Assembly (NCBI GenBank): GCA_965223295.1 | Contig: CBDCWC010000003.1 | Span: 1,664,001-1,728,000, forward strand | Direction: 5' to 3' | DNA: 64,000 bases | DNA from: Nitrospirales bacterium | GTDB taxonomy: Bacteria; Nitrospirota; Nitrospiria; Nitrospirales; UBA8639 | Part shown: positions 49,993 through 58,860 of the stretch, piece by piece | Layout of the letters: the number at the start of each line of letters is the position of its first letter | Position numbering within the stretch: position 1 is the first letter of the stretch | The notes under the pieces: generated by a model | Seen by the model: only the letters and a program-made list of their open reading frames with translations | Told to the model about the DNA's origin: nothing | The model's database searches: none | Translations under genes and position numbers: made by a program

Positions 49993-50676
49993 ATGAAAGC
50001 CTTAATATTGTTACAAAAGACAATATCGGAATGTACGTCCTGCCAGCGCCTGACGATCTATCGACGGAAAGTGGCAAAAGAAAAGGTCAAACGTTTTCAA
50101 GATTGGGAGTATTGGGGGCGTCCTATTCCTGGGTTTGGCGACCCCCAAGCTCAGCTATATGTCCTGGGGTTAGCGCCTGCAGCCCATGGAGGCAACCGAA
50201 CAGGGCGGGTGTTTACTGGAGACCGGAGCGGAGATTGGTTGTATGAAGCCTTACATGCCTTTGGGTTTGCCAATCAACCTGAATCGATTCATCGAGAAGA
50301 TGGTCTTGCCCTCAAGAACTGTTATGTTGCTGCGGCTGTGCGCTGTGCGCCGCCTGGCAACAAACCCACTAGAGAAGAATTCGAAACTTGCCGTACGTAT
50401 GTAGAAGAAGAGCTCCGATTGTTGCGACGAGTGCGAGTTGTGATTGCGTTAGGGAAAATTGCATTCGATGAATATCTGCGAACCTATCAAGCTATGGGAA
50501 ACGTCACGCCTTCGCCTCGTCCAAAATTTTTTCATGGAGCGGAATATATCCTCCCGTGGAAGACAGTCCTTTTAGGCTCGTATCATCCGAGTCAGCAAAA
50601 TACGTTTACGGGAAAACTGACGCGACCAATGTTTCATGCTGTTTTTCGAAAAGCGAAAAAGCTTGTAAAGAGTTGA
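49993..50676 (+). CDS. Uracil-DNA glycosylase, family 5 (UdgB-like)
   Basis: CTSC, GLAPAAHGGNRTGRVFTGD, VRCAPP.NKP, YHPSQQN. Confidence 0.92.
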   Translation: MKALILLQKTISECTSCQRLTIYRRKVAKEKVKRFQDWEYWGRPIPGFGDPQAQLYVLGLAPAAHGGNRTGRVFTGDRSGDWLYEALHAFGFANQPESIHREDGLALKNCYVAAAVRCAPPGNKPTREEFETCRTYVEEELRLLRRVRVVIALGKIAFDEYLRTYQAMGNVTPSPRPKFFHGAEYILPWKTVLLGSYHPSQQNTFTGKLTRPMFHAVFRKAKKLVKS

Positions 50677-50685
50677 AAGTCTGAT

Positions 50686-50826
50686 AGGCACCTCTAAAAA
50701 CTGAAGTTTTTTTCTGAGGGCAAGGATGCGGCGCGCGGAAAACCGCAGTGTATAGGCCGATACATGAGGATTTGAGCACGCGCCTGACGCCGTCATCGGG
50801 AAAAAGAACAGTTCTTAGAGGTGCCC
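50686..50826. mobile_element. MITE-like element, family B
   Basis: TIRs ggcacctctaaaaactg / cagttcttagaggtgcc; flanking duplication TGAT (possibly CTGAT); lies between convergent genes. Confidence 0.75.
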
Positions 50827-50852
50827 TGATGTGTTTGAACACTTAGCCTAGG

Positions 50853-51506
50853 TTATTTCTTTAACCCCTTTCGAGCTTCCCAATCAGCGAGAAACTTTTG
50901 TAACCCAATATCGGTCAGCGGGTGTTTCACCAGTTGCTGAAAGACACTAAAAGGCATGGTACAAATATGCCCGCCCAGTAACGCGGCTTCGACGACATGT
51001 TGAGGATGACGTACACTAGCTACCAGCACTTGAGTGGCGAAATCGTAATTTTCATAAATGGTTAAGATTTGATCAATGAGTTCCATGCCGTCTGAACTAA
51101 TATCATCTAACCGGCCGATAAAAGGCGAGACGCACCAGGCGCCGGCTTTAGCGGCCAAGAGTGCTTGAGTCGGTGAAAAACACAGGGTAACGTTGACGCG
51201 GATACCCTCGCTGGCCAATTGTTTCGTGGCTTTGAGACCTTCGGGAATGAGCGGAACTTTGACGACGATATTGTTATGAATTTTGGCTAATTCGCGACCT
51301 TCCTTTAGCATAGCGTCGGATTCGATGCCGACGACTTCTGCACTGATCGGGCCATCAACCAATTTGCAGATTTCTGCCAGAAGATCTTGGAAGTCTCGTT
51401 TTTCTTTTGAGACAAGAGAAGGGTTTGTGGTGATGCCGTCAATGAGACCATAGCTGGCGGCTTCACGGATTTCGTCAACATTTCCGGTATCCAGGTAAAG
51501 TTTCAT
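50853..51506 (-). CDS. tal: Transaldolase (short Fsa/TalC type)
   Basis: [41 protein letters not shown]. Confidence 0.93.
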   Translation of the reverse strand: MKLYLDTGNVDEIREAASYGLIDGITTNPSLVSKEKRDFQDLLAEICKLVDGPISAEVVGIESDAMLKEGRELAKIHNNIVVKVPLIPEGLKATKQLASEGIRVNVTLCFSPTQALLAAKAGAWCVSPFIGRLDDISSDGMELIDQILTIYENYDFATQVLVASVRHPQHVVEAALLGGHICTMPFSVFQQLVKHPLTDIGLQKFLADWEARKGLKK

Positions 51507-51697
51507 ATTGGTCTCCTTTGATAGTAGGCAGATACATGAATGAACTGCTGTGGTATTGTAATCAACAAAATGGTCTTGGACAAATGGGCCTTAGCTTTTT
51601 GGAAGACATCCGTCTTTGTTTGACTCATCGAGAAACGAGGGCTAGAATTTTTATATGCTCGAGTTGTCTATTGTGAGTTGAGGTATTTGAGGAGGAG

Positions 51698-52018
51698 GTG
51701 GACGTGATTCTACGATATTTGTTCTTAGGAGTATTGGGGGTATTTTGTGCGGGGTGTGGAGGAGATAATCCGTATTTAGAAGCCTCCCTGGACCCAGCCA
51801 AGTTCGAAGGAAAAGACAAGGCCTGGTTTGAAGAAAACTGGGGAAAGCCTTCGGCTAAATCTTCTCGATTTTTTGGGGGCGAAAGTTGGATTTATTCCCG
51901 AATTGCAGGAGGGGAAACGCATTTTCCGTTTTTTAATTTCTCTCCCAATCAATGCCAAATTACCTTAGATTTTGATGATGAAGAAAAACTTGACGACTAC
52001 GAATTTACGGATTGTTAA
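51698..52018 (+). CDS. Small lipoprotein (SmpA/BamE-like)
   Basis: CAGC lipobox, WGKP...ESWIY; GAGGAGG RBS. Confidence 0.75.
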   Translation: MDVILRYLFLGVLGVFCAGCGGDNPYLEASLDPAKFEGKDKAWFEENWGKPSAKSSRFFGGESWIYSRIAGGETHFPFFNFSPNQCQITLDFDDEEKLDDYEFTDC

Positions 52019-52136
52019 GGCATCACTCATAACAATGTCTGAGAAGCTTTTACATCATCAAATGTTCTTCCCTCCTTTCCTTTATTGACGTCATGATCGT
52101 GTTCTTTTCTTTGGTTTGTTTGAGAAGGATATTTTC

Positions 52137-52940
52137 GTGCCACGTGAGATAGTTGTCTGCCAAACCAAAGAAGATCTTTTTGAGGCCTCTGCCAAGTTTC
52201 TCGCACAGTCGTTAACATTTCAACCTGGTTCCACCACATCTTATTCTCTGGCTCTTTCCGGCGGTTCGACTCCTCGGGGATTGTTTTCCCGGTTAGTGGC
52301 TGATCCTTACCGATCACAAATTGATTGGTCCTCAATTCGGATTTTCTGGGGAGATGAGCGGGCGGTTCCTCCCGAACATCCCGAGAGCAACTACCGCATG
52401 GCCAAAGAAACCTTATTGAATCATGTGCCTCATTCACCAGATCAAGTATTTAGAATACAGGGAGAACTCCCTGCGAAAGAGGCAGCAGAGCGTTACGAAA
52501 AAATCTTGCAACAGACTTTTTCTTCTGGGGAGGGAGAAGTGCCTCTTTTTGATATTGTTTTGCTAGGTATGGGGGCTGATGGGCATACGGCCTCCTTATT
52601 CCCGGAGACATCAGTTCTTGAAGAGCGCCAGCAATGGGTGGCTGCACCGTGGGTAGAAAAATTTCAAACTCACCGAATTACATTCACCGCCCCGGTGTTA
52701 AATGGAGCCAAACAAGTCATGTTTGTGGTGAGTGGTTCAGACAAAGCTGTGGCAGCCCAAGCGGTGTTGGAAGGACCCTCTCAACCTCGTCGGTATCCGG
52801 CTCAGCTTGTCAATCCTATCCAAGGGAATGTGATCTGGTTTTTGGACACAGATGCTGCCAGTCGGCTGAAAGTGACCTCTATCACGGAATGGGAAAGGGA
52901 GCAAGGGGGCGTAAAACATGAATGCGACAAAAGCACCTGA
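52137..52940 (+). CDS. pgl: 6-phosphogluconolactonase
   Basis: ALSGGSTP, FWGDER.VP..HPESN, LGMGADGHTASLFP, RITFT. Confidence 0.95.
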   Translation: MPREIVVCQTKEDLFEASAKFLAQSLTFQPGSTTSYSLALSGGSTPRGLFSRLVADPYRSQIDWSSIRIFWGDERAVPPEHPESNYRMAKETLLNHVPHSPDQVFRIQGELPAKEAAERYEKILQQTFSSGEGEVPLFDIVLLGMGADGHTASLFPETSVLEERQQWVAAPWVEKFQTHRITFTAPVLNGAKQVMFVVSGSDKAVAAQAVLEGPSQPRRYPAQLVNPIQGNVIWFLDTDAASRLKVTSITEWEREQGGVKHECDKST

Positions 52941-53313
52941 GGCGTTTATTCAGGCCCTTCATAAGCAGTCGGTCACATGTGGAAGGGAAAATTGTTTCAG
53001 GTCAGTTGATGTTGAAGATATTTCTCAATCGGCTGACCGGATCAAAACGTTTCGATTGTATTGTCATTCCTGCAACTGGAACCAAACTCTTACCGGCTTT
53101 CAACAAATCGAGCCGCCCTGGGATGAAGGTTCATTGATGGAAATTACTGAAGAACACCTACTGCATTTAGAGCCAGTATGTCCATACGACCAAGCCCCAG
53201 TACATTTTCACTCCCTCCCTAATCCTCGCCGCCGTGCCCGCTATCGAATTTCCTGTTATTATTGCGGGCGCCAAGAAGAATTGGATTGGCCACCTGAAGA
53301 AGCCAAGCGCTAG
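52918..53313 (+). CDS. Cys-rich putative zinc-binding protein
   Basis: CGRENC, CHSC, CPYD, CYYC; AAGGGGG RBS inside pgl. Confidence 0.75.
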   Translation: MNATKAPEAFIQALHKQSVTCGRENCFRSVDVEDISQSADRIKTFRLYCHSCNWNQTLTGFQQIEPPWDEGSLMEITEEHLLHLEPVCPYDQAPVHFHSLPNPRRRARYRISCYYCGRQEELDWPPEEAKR

Positions 53314-53412
53314 GGCGTGACATCGTCGTCCTTGTTTCCCTGCGGAATTCTGTCGTTTCTCAGCATATCAGGTCTGCAATTCAAATCTCGCATTCCCCTT
53401 CATCTTGTTCGA

Positions 53413-54168
53413 ATGAAAAAAATTAAAAAAAAGAAATCATCCACTCAGGCATTGCCGGCATTCCTTGTTGGCTGGACGCATGGTGAAGCGCCTCCTCCTG
53501 GTTATTTGTCTGCTTGGTTTGATCAGCAGTACGGCGGGCCTTTGCAGATACGTTTTTTGTCGACGAAGGGCCATCAGTATTTTGAGGCTACACATACGAA
53601 TTGGAAAGTACAGGTCCAATTGGCGCCATCTGTGGAAACTTCTGAGCAGTGGCATGGTCGCTTGCAATGGGATCATCAGAACCTTGCGCTATTAGTGGCT
53701 TCTTCTCAGTCAAGCGCTGATCGACAAGATGATGTGCTACATGTGGCGCGCATCGCCAAAGGGTTAACGCTGTTACTCGAGGGTACGGCCTATGATGTCG
53801 CAACTGGAACCTATCGGAATCCCTCGGATTGGCAGGATCGAGAGTTAGGCGTTTTTCAGATACAGGATCACGTCCAAGTGCAGCAGCATGAACAGGTCCA
53901 GCAGGTGCGGACCTGGTTGCACACGCGAGGGCTATCCAAGTTTGGATTGGATGAGATTGAGTTATTTCACTCCCTCGGGCTATCAGGTCAGGTGATTGAG
54001 TCCATGCTCTATGATGTGGCTTGGCAGGTAATTGTGGAGGGGAAAAATCCAACGATCGGGCAGCAGGTTTCCTTTGGTCAAGAAGGGCAATACGTAGAAG
54101 TGGTCCGGCATCGAACCGATCCTCTTTACGGGATGCCATTGGCCTTTCGAGAAGTTCGATTGGCGTAA
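53413..54168 (+). CDS. Hypothetical protein (DUF4261-like C-terminus)
   Basis: WLHTRGLSKFGLDEIE motif; start uncertain. Confidence 0.7.
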   Translation: MKKIKKKKSSTQALPAFLVGWTHGEAPPPGYLSAWFDQQYGGPLQIRFLSTKGHQYFEATHTNWKVQVQLAPSVETSEQWHGRLQWDHQNLALLVASSQSSADRQDDVLHVARIAKGLTLLLEGTAYDVATGTYRNPSDWQDRELGVFQIQDHVQVQQHEQVQQVRTWLHTRGLSKFGLDEIELFHSLGLSGQVIESMLYDVAWQVIVEGKNPTIGQQVSFGQEGQYVEVVRHRTDPLYGMPLAFREVRLA

Positions 54169-54194
54169 GGACACATGGGTGACTCAGATGAGTC

Positions 54195-55133
54195 TTAGGA
54201 AGTTGTCGGGGGTTTGCCAGGATTCTTGTTGATCACATTCATGGCGAGTGCGATCATTGAGCCGACATCTGAGACTGAGGCTGGCAGTACAAGCGTATTG
54301 CTGGTTTTCGCAAGCTCTCCAAATTCCCCAATATATTGTTCGGCGACACGAAGCTGAACGGCCTCATAGCCGCCTGGATCTTGAATGGCTTCCGCCACTT
54401 TCCGAATCCCTTCAGAGGTGGCAGTGGCAATGGCCAGAATGGCCGAAGCTTCCCCTTCGGCTTCATTGATCTGTTGCTGCCGTTTAGCTTCTGAGGCCTT
54501 AATGACTTGTTGCTTTTCCCCTTCCGCTTCATTGATTGCGGCGTCACGTTGACCTTCCGAGGATAAGACAACGGCGCGCTTTTCCCGCTCGGCGCGCATT
54601 TGTTTCTCCATTGCGTTGACGACGTCTTGTGGAGGATTAATATTCCGGATTTCATATCGCATGACCTTCACACCCCATGGCGCAGAGGCTTTGTCGAGTT
54701 CGTTGACCACCGACACATTAATCGTAGACCGCTCCTCGAAGGTTCGGTCAAGGTCAATTTTCCCAATTTCGCTTCGGAGTGTCGTTTGGGCCAGCTGCGA
54801 AATTGCGAATCGAAAATCCGTAATACCATATGACGCACGTTCAGCATCCAAAACTTTGATATACAAGACTCCATCCACACCGACTTGTACATTATCTTTG
54901 GTTATGCAAATTTGTTCAGGAACATCGAGAGCGATCTCTTTCAAGGAATGCTTATATCGAATCACGTCGATGAACGGTACTAAAATATGCAGGCCGGCAC
55001 TGAGTGTGGAAGAATACTTCCCTAGCCGTTCCACGACGTAGGCGCTTTGCTGAGGCACCACCACTGCTGTTTTCTTCAAAATCAGTAAGGCTAGAGCCGC
55101 AAAAGCGAGCGTGACTAATAATTCACCTGACAT
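54195..55133 (-). CDS. SPFH/stomatin-like protein (QmcA-like)
   Basis: VVERLGKY, ITKDNV, AQTTLRSEIG, WGVKV.RYEI, AEREKRA. Confidence 0.93.
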   Translation of the reverse strand: MSGELLVTLAFAALALLILKKTAVVVPQQSAYVVERLGKYSSTLSAGLHILVPFIDVIRYKHSLKEIALDVPEQICITKDNVQVGVDGVLYIKVLDAERASYGITDFRFAISQLAQTTLRSEIGKIDLDRTFEERSTINVSVVNELDKASAPWGVKVMRYEIRNINPPQDVVNAMEKQMRAEREKRAVVLSSEGQRDAAINEAEGEKQQVIKASEAKRQQQINEAEGEASAILAIATATSEGIRKVAEAIQDPGGYEAVQLRVAEQYIGEFGELAKTSNTLVLPASVSDVGSMIALAMNVINKNPGKPPTTS

Positions 55134-55605
55134 GTGATTCCTCCCGTATGTTCGTTTCCTCTTGAATCCAGAGTGTCAGACCATCCACACGGACAATTTT
55201 CGCGATACTGCCTTTTTCCAGAACATGACTTCCTGCATTGCGTGCCGTCCATGTCGACCCACGCAATTCCACTTTCCCTATAGCCTGAGACTCGAGTGGT
55301 TCAAGAACCTTGGCAATTTCTCCTAGCATGGAATCGACATCGCCTTCATCTTTTCCAGTTGCACTTCCTTTGCCTTGCAAGGGTTTTTTCATGACGAGAA
55401 GTGAAATGATACCGAGCAGACCGAACAGTAACCATTGCAGCCAGGCTGCAGCAATCAGTCCAGACCAGGTCAGCCCACTGACCATTAAGGCCGCCACTCC
55501 GAAGAAAAGGAAATAAAAATTTCCCAGCCCCCCTAGCGTGAGAATTTCAATGCCGATAAGAATGAATCCTAAAATTGACCAATGCCACCAGAGCATGATG
55601 GGCAC
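55123..55605 (-). CDS. NfeD-like OB-fold membrane partner of SPFH
   Basis: 3 TM segments, GKVELRGSTWTA, IVRVDGLTL; overlaps the SPFH gene start. Confidence 0.9.
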   Translation of the reverse strand: MPIMLWWHWSILGFILIGIEILTLGGLGNFYFLFFGVAALMVSGLTWSGLIAAAWLQWLLFGLLGIISLLVMKKPLQGKGSATGKDEGDVDSMLGEIAKVLEPLESQAIGKVELRGSTWTARNAGSHVLEKGSIAKIVRVDGLTLWIQEETNIREESHVR

Positions 55606-55981
55606 ACTCCTTTGTCCTGGGTGTATTGTGCACGGTTATGTGCTGTTCTGTATTGTATCGGTTGATTGTGCGCAGGAACTAAAGGAAATTCACTCCTCGG
55701 CAACAATTGCCTATTGAACATGACAGGTTAAAGAAATGCTAGCACATTTTTCTGTAAAGGTCTCGGATTGATGAGGGAAGCAAAGGAACGGCAACGCTAG
55801 TTTTGTTTGATTGATTTCAAGAGAGTGTTCAACAGTGGATCTGAAAGGGTACGGTTTTGGTAGATAGCCAGTGGTTTGGGCATGATAAACATGCATTTCA
55901 GCATGTGATTGATGCATTGTGATGTGTGTAAAATCAGAGGGGATGTTCGGTGCGCGGTTCATTATGCTTCGGTTAATTCTT

Positions 55982-56797
55982 ATGAAACTTTTGGCGGGGT
56001 TATTTGTTTGCGCGTTAGTTGGTTGTATGTCACCGTCACTCTCTTTTCATCAGCAAGCGGCGGATTTGGGCTTTTCTTCAACAACCTACAAAGGGAAAGA
56101 TTTCATCCATCAGGTTTATAGCAATCGTAAATCTCAGAGCAAATTCCTGCATATTTATTTAGGGGGCGATGGAACACCATGGGAGCATGCCACTCGTATT
56201 GCCTCAGATCCAACTCCACGCAATCCAATCATGTTGCGGGCTATGGCATTGGATCCGACTGCAAGTATCTACCTTGGCCGGCCTTGTTATCATGGTTTAT
56301 CTCAAGAACCTCAGTGCCATCCTAAATGGTGGACCTCTGCCCGCTATTCTGAAACCGTCGTAGAAAGCCTAGGCGCGGTGCTGGCAAAAATTTCTAAAGA
56401 ACATAATAGGAAGTCTCTCGTTCTCTTTGGCTATAGTGGTGGGGCAACGCTTGCCATGTTATTGGCACAACGCCTCCCGTTCGTACACGGAGTGGTGACG
56501 ATAGCCGGAAATTTAGACATTCAGGCCTGGACAGACTATCATGCGTATGGCCCCCTAGCGGAATCACTCAATCCAGCCTTGCTGCCGCGCTTAGGAGACC
56601 ACATTGTTCAACTTCATTTTCTCGGGAGTCAGGATGAATTGATCCCACCCCACTTAGCTGAACGAATGCTTGCACGCCAGAGGAAACATTCTCGGGTGAT
56701 TATTAACGATGTCGATCATCGATGTTGTTGGGAAATGCTCTGGCCAAGAATATTGCGTGAAGCGCAACTGCTATTGGATAGAAACCCTCAATGGTGA
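55982..56797 (+). CDS. Lipoprotein alpha/beta hydrolase
   Basis: LVGC lipobox, IYLGGDG.PW, YLGRPCY, GYSGG nucleophile elbow, G..D, DHRCCW; start uncertain (55919-55982). Confidence 0.85.
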   Translation: MKLLAGLFVCALVGCMSPSLSFHQQAADLGFSSTTYKGKDFIHQVYSNRKSQSKFLHIYLGGDGTPWEHATRIASDPTPRNPIMLRAMALDPTASIYLGRPCYHGLSQEPQCHPKWWTSARYSETVVESLGAVLAKISKEHNRKSLVLFGYSGGATLAMLLAQRLPFVHGVVTIAGNLDIQAWTDYHAYGPLAESLNPALLPRLGDHIVQLHFLGSQDELIPPHLAERMLARQRKHSRVIINDVDHRCCWEMLWPRILREAQLLLDRNPQW

Positions 56798-56844
56798 AGA
56801 TTTCTGCCTTTAGGATCATGCTACCGAGAATATTTAGGAGGGAG

Positions 56845-56885
56845 AAAAGAAAAACCAAGGAGTTCAATTAAAGGAACTCCTTGGT
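56845..56885 (-). terminator. Rho-independent terminator of the autotransporter gene
   Basis: 12-bp perfect stem accaaggagttc/gaactccttggt with 8-nt loop, followed by TTTTCTTTT on the minus strand. Confidence 0.75.
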
Positions 56886-56903
56886 AATCAGGGAAAAGGA
56901 AAA

Positions 56904-58415
56904 CTAAAATTCCTGCCGCACTCCTACGGTAAAGACATGGTTGGTGATATCCCGAAATCCTAACATCGTTTCATAGTCGATAAATGCTGCAGTTCCACCT
57001 TGGGATAAATGGGCCAGTGTGGCGCCGACTCGAAAGAAATTACGGTCAGGTGATTCCGTTTTAATGAGTAATGCATTGTTATTTGGATCGGCCGCATATT
57101 GCGTGCTGATAGTTTTCGAGTCATTGGCAAACTCATGATCCCATTCTCCCCTGATTTGAGGGTACCACACGCCCCAATTCCAACTAAATTTCTTGGAAGC
57201 TCGTAGTCCTAAGGCGGAGATCAAAGACGTAATATATTGGTCATCAATTTCGAGATTGAGCCCTTGAGCTCCTTTTTCTTTATATCCGTCGATATCCACG
57301 CGTAGATAGGAAAGTCGTGCGTACGGCCCAAAATCAAAGCTTTGAATGGGGATATCGTATCCAGCTCCGAGACTGAATGAGTACTGTCTACTGTCGGTCT
57401 TTCCTTTAGCGGTCCGATTGATCGAGGGAATGGCGGTTGTAGAAGGTACCACAATGCGCCGTTTCGAGTCGTGGTCGTTCCATCCTATAGACCCGATTCC
57501 TTCCAAATAAAAATTCTGAAGATAATAGGTGCTGTACAAAGAAAAGACATACCCATCGGTTTCACTTCCTCCCCCTGCATTCACCGAAGATTTATCAAAG
57601 TCTGCATCAAAATGGGAGTAACTAAAGGCAGTGCCTAGCACAAGGGAGTCAAGTAATCGATAATCCACGCCCAAGGTTGCGCCTTGCGAGTCAAAATCAA
57701 ATCCGTCTTCTTTGGAAGTTTGATCTTTGTCCCCAAAGCTAAACACTCCATTCAAAAACACCCCTAGCCGGCCAAAGTCTCCGATATCTCCTGAAGCGCC
57801 TCCCCCTCGTGGGGTGAAACCAATTCCTGCCGGATTCATAGTACGTTCTTGAGCAAGTCTGGGTAGCCCGTCAAAATTCAACCCACTTATCGAGAATCCT
57901 CTCACCCCGCCACGGAGAGCTGCCATACGAGCACTCAGGTTCCGTTGTTGTCCATTAAAAGTCTTGGAAGCCATGGTTCGTGGAGCGACGATTTCTTCAC
58001 CGGCAATTTGCTGGAGGCCGCTTGCCAACTCATTTTCTGTCAGACCTAAACTTTCCGCCGTTGCCCCGGTATTATCGATATCATTCGCCGTCTGTACCAT
58101 TGCTCGGCACTGGGTCCTGAGATCGAGTCGGTCTCCTGTAAGAGGAGTAAGGGCATGTAGGGTATTCAATTGCCCGCAGGTTGTTTGGACAGCACTGCCC
58201 GTCCTTGATTGAAGCTGAGAGTGCCCGGTTCGTCCGCCAAGAGCTGCTTTAGCTACGGAAAACGTCCCATCGCCCAATAGCACGGCTAGTAATAAAAAAA
58301 GTAGGTACCCCAATGGGATTTGAGTGAAGTATTTGAAAAAGGGTGTAGGCAACAGTGGGACACCATGGGAATCATTACATGATGTATGAGGCGGATGATG
58401 AATATGAGAACTCAT
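56904..58415 (-). CDS. Autotransporter beta-barrel protein with a very short N-terminal region
   Basis: Signal peptide; GFDFDSQGATLGVDYR, GYKEKGA..LNL, WDHEF, terminal VRQEF (C-terminal Phe). Confidence 0.88.
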   Translation of the reverse strand: MSSHIHHPPHTSCNDSHGVPLLPTPFFKYFTQIPLGYLLFLLLAVLLGDGTFSVAKAALGGRTGHSQLQSRTGSAVQTTCGQLNTLHALTPLTGDRLDLRTQCRAMVQTANDIDNTGATAESLGLTENELASGLQQIAGEEIVAPRTMASKTFNGQQRNLSARMAALRGGVRGFSISGLNFDGLPRLAQERTMNPAGIGFTPRGGGASGDIGDFGRLGVFLNGVFSFGDKDQTSKEDGFDFDSQGATLGVDYRLLDSLVLGTAFSYSHFDADFDKSSVNAGGGSETDGYVFSLYSTYYLQNFYLEGIGSIGWNDHDSKRRIVVPSTTAIPSINRTAKGKTDSRQYSFSLGAGYDIPIQSFDFGPYARLSYLRVDIDGYKEKGAQGLNLEIDDQYITSLISALGLRASKKFSWNWGVWYPQIRGEWDHEFANDSKTISTQYAADPNNNALLIKTESPDRNFFRVGATLAHLSQGGTAAFIDYETMLGFRDITNHVFTVGVRQEF

Positions 58416-58738
58416 AAGACCTCCGAGGGGATTTGAAAAAATAAAGATACTCTTTGAAAAATTAAAAACGAGTTGAAATACCCAACCTCGTAAACATTGT
58501 CAAGGTTGTCTTTTTGAAAGATATTGATTCTCCTCGTTCCTCAAAAAAATTCGGGCACTTAGGTGCAGTGATGCCAATGCCTAGGTAACCTTAAATCCCA
58601 TATTTTCAATGGCTTACAAAATCACTATTGTTGTGAGCTGAGGGTTCGAAGAAATCACGTTTTGATTTTTTTCTTTCTGAAGCTCATAATATAATCTATC
58701 TTTTGTAGAAGAAATGCTGAACAAAAGCAATTTTTACG

Positions 58739-58755
58739 CCGGCATGCACTTTGCT
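58739..58755 (+). promoter_or_regulatory. Sigma54 (-24/-12) promoter of the caspase-like gene
   Basis: CCGGCATGCACTTTGCT: GG(58741)-N10-GC(58753). Confidence 0.6.
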
Positions 58756-58860
58756 GAGGTTGAGGAGATGGAGCTATAAAACTTTAGAATTCATGAGGAG
58801 TGAAGATAAATTACCCTTGGCTTAATAATGCTTCGGTACCCTGTTGCGCCAGGAGGAACG

